From contig JBJLBO010000004.1 of NCBI GenBank assembly GCA_045568115.1, positions 66,809 to 130,808 of the forward strand: a DNA stretch of 64,000 nucleotides, given 5' to 3'. A program made the translations under genes and the position numbers. Below are positions 58,103 through 64,000 of this stretch, piece after piece; position 1 is the stretch's first letter; every line of letters begins with the position of its first letter. The notes below the pieces were generated by a model. It was not told where the DNA came from and ran no database searches. It was given only the letters and a program-made list of their open reading frames with translations. Origin of the DNA: Candidatus Thalassarchaeaceae archaeon. GTDB taxonomy: Archaea > Thermoplasmatota > Poseidoniia > Poseidoniales > Thalassarchaeaceae.

Positions 58103-59420
58103 TCAGACTCCAGAGCCTACTAAAGCCTCAATTTCTTCAATTGTTTTTGGACAATCTGATGTAAGAACAACTGGGCCTTCTTCAGTTATGAGAATATCAT
58201 CTTCAATACGGATTCCTATCTTTGAATACCTTTCGGGAATTTTTACATCAGTTCTCCAAGCACCAAAATAAAGCCCTGGTTCGACAGTTAGAACCATCCC
58301 CGGCTCCAATACGGGTCCTTTGTCATCATCTCCTTGCCTTCCTCCACCAACATCGTGCACATCTAGACCTAGGAAATGGCCAGTCCCATGCATGAAGAAG
58401 TTCCTATATGGGCCATCAAATTTTTCAGGGTCACCTATTGCATCTTCAATAGAACAATCTAGGATTCCAAGTTTGATAAGTCCTGCTGCAAGAACCTGTG
58501 ATGCTGCAGTGTGTATAGAGAGCCAAGAAGACCCTTTTTGACATGCCTCAATCCCAGCAAGTTCCGCCTTGAGAACTAGCTCGTAAATTTCTCTCTGAGG
58601 ATCAGTGAACTTGCCATTGACTGGCCATGTTCTAGTGACATCAGATGCGTAACCATGTACTTCACATCCAGCATCAACAAGAACTAGTTCTCCATCATTA
58701 ACTACAGATTTATTTGTGTTATAATGCAAAATAGTGCCATTTTCTCCACCTCCCACAATTGAAGGATAGCTCCATTGACTCTTGCAATTCATAAAATGTC
58801 CTTCTATTACAGACTGTATTTCCCATTCGCCAATACCTGAATGTGATACTTTCATCGCTTCGACGTGAGCTGAGGAAGCTATTTTTGCTGATTCCAACAT
58901 AAACTCAATTTCCTTAGGAGACTTAATTCGCCTCATTTTATCTAGAATAGGCCTAGGATCTGTATTCTGATAACCGGAATCTAAGACTATTTCATCAACA
59001 ACTGAATTCAAATTAGAGATATAATGCACTCCATTACAGTCAGCTAAGACGGGATTTAATGGAGTCACTCATATTTTCAATAGAATCAGCCTCATCTACT
59101 GGCCATTCTGATGCTGCTTTTTCAACACCGATAATTCTGCCTTCCCAAATTTCTTTTTTTGTATCTCTAGGTTGAACAAACAAACAACTAACCCATTTTT
59201 CCCCATTATGATAAGACATCCATAGACCTGTAGACTCGCTCCATCCACACAAATAGAGCATGTATGAATTCGCACGGAAAGGAAAAGTAGTATCTCTTGA
59301 ACGAATCATCACTGGATTAGTTGGAATAAGGACTAGTTGATCTTTGGGGACTTGCTCAAGGAAACGAGACTGACGCCCACGGTACTCAGCCGTATCAAAA
59401 GGCAAGGTAGTGTCACTCAC
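58103..59420 (-). CDS. pepP: Xaa-Pro aminopeptidase, one +1 frameshift near 59045
   Basis: N-domain (FPFRANSY, KEIWEGR) in ORF 59040-59486; M24 domain (LHY, DAG, DVTRT, HGTGHFLGLDVHD, TVEPG, RIEDD) in ORF 58103-59068. Removing 1 nt gives 439 codons. Confidence 0.9.
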
Positions 59421-59473
59421 GACCCTACGATATGATGGGTATTTTTGAGTCTGTGGGAACAAGAATTGTCTAA

Positions 59474-60946
59474 TTATAACTTCCACTTAGGAATTTTTGG
59501 TTCATCATTTAACCTTACTCTTCTAAATACAGAATAAATGAGAACTAAAGATGAAATCACTAATCCAATCAGGGCTATTGGCAAAGGATCTACAGCATCA
59601 GGGTGAATTAACTCCACACCCATAGATGCCGTCTCACCATCATCATCAATAATTTCAATCGTCAAAATACCTCTCTGTTTGGATTCATCAGGCCAATCCA
59701 AATTACGATCACACCCCTCATATAAAGGCAAATTATCGAATAACCAAATACATCTCAATTCGCTGACATCATTTTCTGTATCAAGTGGGAATGCTTCAAG
59801 CATTGCACTTGCACTATCACTTAATTTTACTACTTGTCCATCCGTTACATTTTCCCCATTAATTGACAATTTAACTGAAGGGGGTAGATTCGCTATACTA
59901 AATGATGACACACGTGAAGAGGATTGGCCGCCTTTATCAAAAACAGTTAGAGACAAAGTATAATTTCCACTAATTGCACCACTAATTGTGTATTTATTCA
60001 CATCAATTCCCATTTGAACATCAATAGGAACTTCTCCAGAATGAGATGGCCTACGTAGTGTCCAGACAAAATATAATTCTTCATTTCCCCAGTAGGGGTC
60101 TTCGGTATCGGATGCATCAAAAATATACAATTCATTAGATTCATCAATATATTCTATACCTTCAATTTTAATCACTGGTGGTTCATTATTCACTTTAATA
60201 GAAAATGAATTAGATATTGTATTCATTCCATTCAATAAAGTTACTTCCATTTTATACCATCCATCTAAATTCTGAATTATAGACTCATTAATTGAAAAAT
60301 CACCACTTTCAAAATGAAGTGAAGAGCTCAATGACGCGTCTTCAGATTGATATGGAAAAATTGTTGAGGCGGAAAAATGATTGGAAAGTGATTGTTTAAT
60401 TGAAATTTCAACATCATGAAAATCACCTCCAAAATATACACCAGCCCAACCAGATACTGCAACAATTTCATTTTGATATTGACCAGAAGGTGGGTCATGA
60501 ATTAGCAAACCCATTAGATTAGTATCAGAAGTTGATTGAATCATAAAAACCACACGTAATTCACGTATTATTTCTCCTTCAGCGTCATGAACATTCACTG
60601 ATACATAACAGGAGCATTCTCCTGTTGCATGATATGATAATTCAAATTCCCAAGCCCATTGTAATCTATTACTTGAGCTATCCATTTCTACAAGTTCAGA
60701 ACCTAAATCACCACCGTCGAACTCTATTCCATTCTTTACAACCCTCCAATAAACCTCTGAAGGAAGTATCTCATCCTCGATAATTCCACTGAATAATATG
60801 GAACTACTAGAAACAACACCATTTTCAACATCTATGCTAATTACTGCAGGATCATTGGTTACACCTACATCGGCATTTACACCATTACAACAAACCAATA
60901 AGTTCGCTGATAATAAGAGAATGACAAGTATTCGGGTAGGATTCAA
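59474..60946 (-). CDS. secreted Ig/PKD-like repeat protein with C-terminal membrane anchor
   Basis: Signal peptide, NEPPV / FDASDTEDP / LTVFDKGG / IIDDDG PKD-like motifs, C-terminal TM + basic tail. Confidence 0.75.
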   Translation of the reverse strand: MNPTRILVILLLSANLLVCCNGVNADVGVTNDPAVISIDVENGVVSSSSILFSGIIEDEILPSEVYWRVVKNGIEFDGGDLGSELVEMDSSSNRLQWAWEFELSYHATGECSCYVSVNVHDAEGEIIRELRVVFMIQSTSDTNLMGLLIHDPPSGQYQNEIVAVSGWAGVYFGGDFHDVEISIKQSLSNHFSASTIFPYQSEDASLSSSLHFESGDFSINESIIQNLDGWYKMEVTLLNGMNTISNSFSIKVNNEPPVIKIEGIEYIDESNELYIFDASDTEDPYWGNEELYFVWTLRRPSHSGEVPIDVQMGIDVNKYTISGAISGNYTLSLTVFDKGGQSSSRVSSFSIANLPPSVKLSINGENVTDGQVVKLSDSASAMLEAFPLDTENDVSELRCIWLFDNLPLYEGCDRNLDWPDESKQRGILTIEIIDDDGETASMGVELIHPDAVDPLPIALIGLVISSLVLIYSVFRRVRLNDEPKIPKWKL

Positions 60947-60996
60947 CGTACCTTCGAATAGTTATCCAGTATTGAACCTCATGGAAAATCGTTCAA

Positions 60997-62056
60997 TTAT
61001 CTAGCAGATATTCGTGATTGCCATGAAAGTTCATCTAACCACGTACCTAGGGTATCTCTATCTAGGAATTCTTGACTTGCCTCAGCAGTAAGAATACAAT
61101 CACATGCTGCAGAGGCGAGTAAAGCAGCATCAATCATATCATGACCCTGCCCCAGAGCTACAGCCAACGCCGTAGCAGCGGCATCATGAAGTCCAATCTG
61201 TTGTTTGGGAGCTAATGCCTGACAATCATAGTGAACTATCTCACCCTCTGATTGGTACAGAGTAATTCCATTTACTCCGCCTAAAACAATAAGAGCATCC
61301 CAAGAATAAGTATTGATTAATTTCTGAGCCGCAGTGTTTGTATCATCACTCTCCAATCTTCTACGCATGAGTTCCATGCCCCTTAATTCAACTAGAACTA
61401 CAGTTGCACCACGACTTCTTTCTAATCCAGTTAGTTTAGGATCAATAATAACTGGAATGTTTAGATTTTTTGCCTTCTTTATCAATTCTGATGAACCATT
61501 TACCGTGACCGCCCCCTTATCATAATCAGAGATTACAAGTGCACAACTACTATCCAAATTTTTCATCGCATTTTCAACGAGAGTACGACTAACAGAAGGA
61601 TCGATTTGGTCAATAGGGCCTCTATCGGCTTGAAGTAAAATCTGGCTGTCATCAAGTAAACTCTCTCGGCTACCAAAAAAACGAATTTTAACTAAAGTAA
61701 GACGATTACGGACAATTTCGATACCAGTAGTAGAGATTCCATCCTGCGACAATTTGTTTTTTATTACTTCTCCTTCCCTATCATCGCCAACAAAAGTGTG
61801 GAAATTTACATTCATGCCAATTGAGTTCAGGCCTCGTAGCAATATGCGCTGCAGCACCCGGGCTTTCGTCCGTTTGAAAAATTTTCAAGACCGGGACGGG
61901 CGCAATAGAGTTGAGATTGTTCGCAAAACCATGGTGGTATCTATCAAGCATAACGTCACCAATTAGAGTCACTTTTGAATCAGAAACCCCATCTAAAGTT
62001 GAACGAAGTTTGCGCAATGTTTCAGTTCGTGACCTCGGCTTGTCCTCAATCGTCAT
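60997..62056 (-). CDS. PfkB/ribokinase-family kinase (HldE/RfaE kinase-domain-like), one +1 frameshift at about 61837
   Basis: IGDVMLDRY, APVPV, PGAAAHIA then RGLNSIG, VGDD, ISDYDKG, IIDPK. Removing 1 nt gives 353 codons. Confidence 0.82.
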
Positions 62057-62132
62057 ACATGTTCGTAGAGAAGGAGCCGAATGAGGTTTGGGGAACCGAC
62101 GCACTCAAGGATGGCTGGCTTGCCGCTAGAAC

Positions 62133-63128
62133 ATGGATGGTACAACCAGTGGTTGGGTCATTGAGGGACCATCTACAAATCGATTGAGAGATAAATCTGC
62201 AATCGGTAGACCTACAGGAGATGGGAAATTAATACTCTCAGCTGGAGAAATTATGTTTTGCCATCATTATCGAAATATACCTCTGCCATCAGAAGACTGG
62301 CTCAGTTCGACTATATTGGAAAACACAACATTGTTGGCTGAATACGCCATTATTGAAGCATTACGTGTGCCAGGTAACAAAATCGTTCTTTCAAATAATT
62401 CAGATATATTCGACGTAACTTCAGAACCAGAAACTTGGGGCATTCGGTGGGAGTCAGATAAACATCCAAGGAATAATGAACCAATTGCTGAGGTCAGATG
62501 GTTCTTTTCGAATCAAAACCTTGATACTGTAGACATTATTGAATGGTCAAACAAAGTTAGTGAAAAAGGAAGAATAGCAGAAGTTTTAGTTGTTGATGAT
62601 GAACTTAGTGTTGTTACATATCGAGTATCCATAGTAGATCCTAGAGGGACTATAGATTGTGAAAATATAATTGATTCACTATTAGCACTTAATGATGGTA
62701 TTTCAATAAATCAAGGAAGAATTTACCCCCTAGAAGACTGGCGAATTCCTCAAGTCGGAATTCAAGTAGAAGGTGGTATTTTTGTTGATTCTATAACTTG
62801 CGCATTAATTGATGGTGAATTTGAACGAGAAGAAGTGACAATTCTAACTGATATCCTTTCAAGAGGATTACATCCACGACCTGGATTCAAATATGGAACA
62901 GAATGGAGGTGCTATGACAAGACGATTGGAGAAGATCATGCCCCTTATCTAATCACTCTACCATCGAGAGCACCAAATGATTGGGCCGCTACTTGCCTAG
63001 CATCTAGACTTGCATCAGGAGTCAATAAAACTTGGTTGATACCAGTGAAGGAAAATGACAAATGGAATTATTTAGCGATTACAAGACCACCGGCAGACGC
63101 ACGTTGGTCCAATCCTCGGAGAAGATAA
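62133..63128 (+). CDS. endA: tRNA-splicing endonuclease (two-unit type)
   Basis: C-terminal catalytic unit RPGFKYG...WRCY...DHAPY...RLASGVNK (Tyr/His/Lys triad); N-terminal unit VVDDELSVVTY. Confidence 0.85.
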   Translation: MDGTTSGWVIEGPSTNRLRDKSAIGRPTGDGKLILSAGEIMFCHHYRNIPLPSEDWLSSTILENTTLLAEYAIIEALRVPGNKIVLSNNSDIFDVTSEPETWGIRWESDKHPRNNEPIAEVRWFFSNQNLDTVDIIEWSNKVSEKGRIAEVLVVDDELSVVTYRVSIVDPRGTIDCENIIDSLLALNDGISINQGRIYPLEDWRIPQVGIQVEGGIFVDSITCALIDGEFEREEVTILTDILSRGLHPRPGFKYGTEWRCYDKTIGEDHAPYLITLPSRAPNDWAATCLASRLASGVNKTWLIPVKENDKWNYLAITRPPADARWSNPRRR

Positions 63129-64000
63129 TTACTCTATGTCATCGATGGGGGACAAGGATTGATGGTTTTCATTAATTTGCACACCCCTCTTTGGTTCACC
63201 ACCAAGGCGTGAATGACTATCTCTCTCACCTGTTAGAATAACTAAAGCAGAAAGTACCATAATAATTGAAAGGCCATTACTTGGTTGAGCTAACCATGCT
63301 ATAGGACTGTTTCCATTAAATGATGATTTGGCAGTAAATTCGACAGGGATTCGTTGCTCAATTCCAAATGAATCTACAAATACCAAATCACCTCTTGCAA
63401 GCATACCTGGTGTAAGAAGATCATTAGGATTAATGTCGATTTCAATTGATGGACAGGCTTCAAATTCTCCCTGTGAACGAACTGTTGCTATCCTTGATGC
63501 AGCTCCATCAATTGCAATTGAGTAAGACCTTGTACCATCTCCAATACATCCGGGTTGAAAGGTTACGGAAGAAGGATGGTCCCAAGCAATTAGTGCCTCA
63601 AGAGTATTTGTCTCTAAACGATGACCGATTTCATACCAGTCTTTGTCAATATCCCAAGAACCTTCTCCTTCACACCCGATAGAACCACGAAGATATCCAG
63701 CACTGCTAGTAATTTGAGAAGCGGATAAAATGACAATTGTAGAATTTCCAGCCTCAATAGGAAAAACTCTAGGTCCCTGGCTAGCAGAAGATTCCGAGGA
63801 ATGTAAATCTATTTGTAAATCACAAGGAATAGGCGAATTGACTTGTGCTGTAATCGATTCGCCTTCAAGGATTTCGAGGGGGCCTGAGGAAAATAGGACG
63901 TCGACATTAGGCATCTGCGAAACCGGTGTAAATGATACAATTGCAGAAGACGAATTTAATCCATCAATAGATGCATACCAAGTGACAAGCCTGCCTTGAC
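63129..64000 (-). CDS. C-terminal part of a large surface/secreted protein with a TM anchor (runs off the window)
   Basis: The frame of ORF 63129-63914 stays open to the right edge; beta-rich, with a C-terminal hydrophobic helix. Confidence 0.65.
   Translation of the reverse strand, partial: QGRLVTWYASIDGLNSSSAIVSFTPVSQMPNVDVLFSSGPLEILEGESITAQVNSPIPCDLQIDLHSSESSASQGPRVFPIEAGNSTIVILSASQITSSAGYLRGSIGCEGEGSWDIDKDWYEIGHRLETNTLEALIAWDHPSSVTFQPGCIGDGTRSYSIAIDGAASRIATVRSQGEFEACPSIEIDINPNDLLTPGMLARGDLVFVDSFGIEQRIPVEFTAKSSFNGNSPIAWLAQPSNGLSIIMVLSALVILTGERDSHSRLGGEPKRGVQINENHQSLSPIDDIE

Noticed and set aside
1..64000. CRISPR arrays, rRNA genes, IS elements
   Set aside because: No regularly spaced repeats, rRNA-like segments or transposase motifs were seen by eye

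Overview
This is a gene-dense, low-GC archaeal chromosome segment. Its gene content and style fit Marine Group II Euryarchaeota (Ca. Poseidoniales, Thermoplasmatota); this assignment is inferred. Informational genes include metG, valS, AlaX, Kae1, Tsr3, aMBF1, PAN, TrmJ, rps19e-rpl39e-rpl31e-rps17e, EndA, topA, tRNA-Val(GAC) and SRP RNA. Metabolic genes include a folate-dependent histidine catabolism cluster (ftcD, cyclodeaminase, hutU, hutH, hutI), methylmalonyl-CoA mutase/epimerase, a preQ0 operon (RHH-folE-queE-queC::msrB-queD), a YdeP/FdhD/IscA/YgfZ cluster, Ni-SOD (sodN-sodX), pyrD, GGR and mqnC. The most unusual elements are: (1) a QueC lacking its zinc cysteines, fused in frame to MsrB and preceded by an RHH regulator and a perfect 20-bp palindrome; (2) a translationally coupled 3beta-HSD-like SDR plus steroid 5alpha-reductase-like pair, with the SDR markedly GC-rich; (3) an M29 aminopeptidase homolog that has lost most metal ligands; (4) a Z-DNA-prone purine/pyrimidine tract upstream of topA; (5) small genes missed by the ORF track (a DUF5679-like Zn-ribbon protein and rpl39e). 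Four genes carry single +1 frameshifts that are probably sequencing errors. No CRISPR array, rRNA, integrase or transposase was seen.
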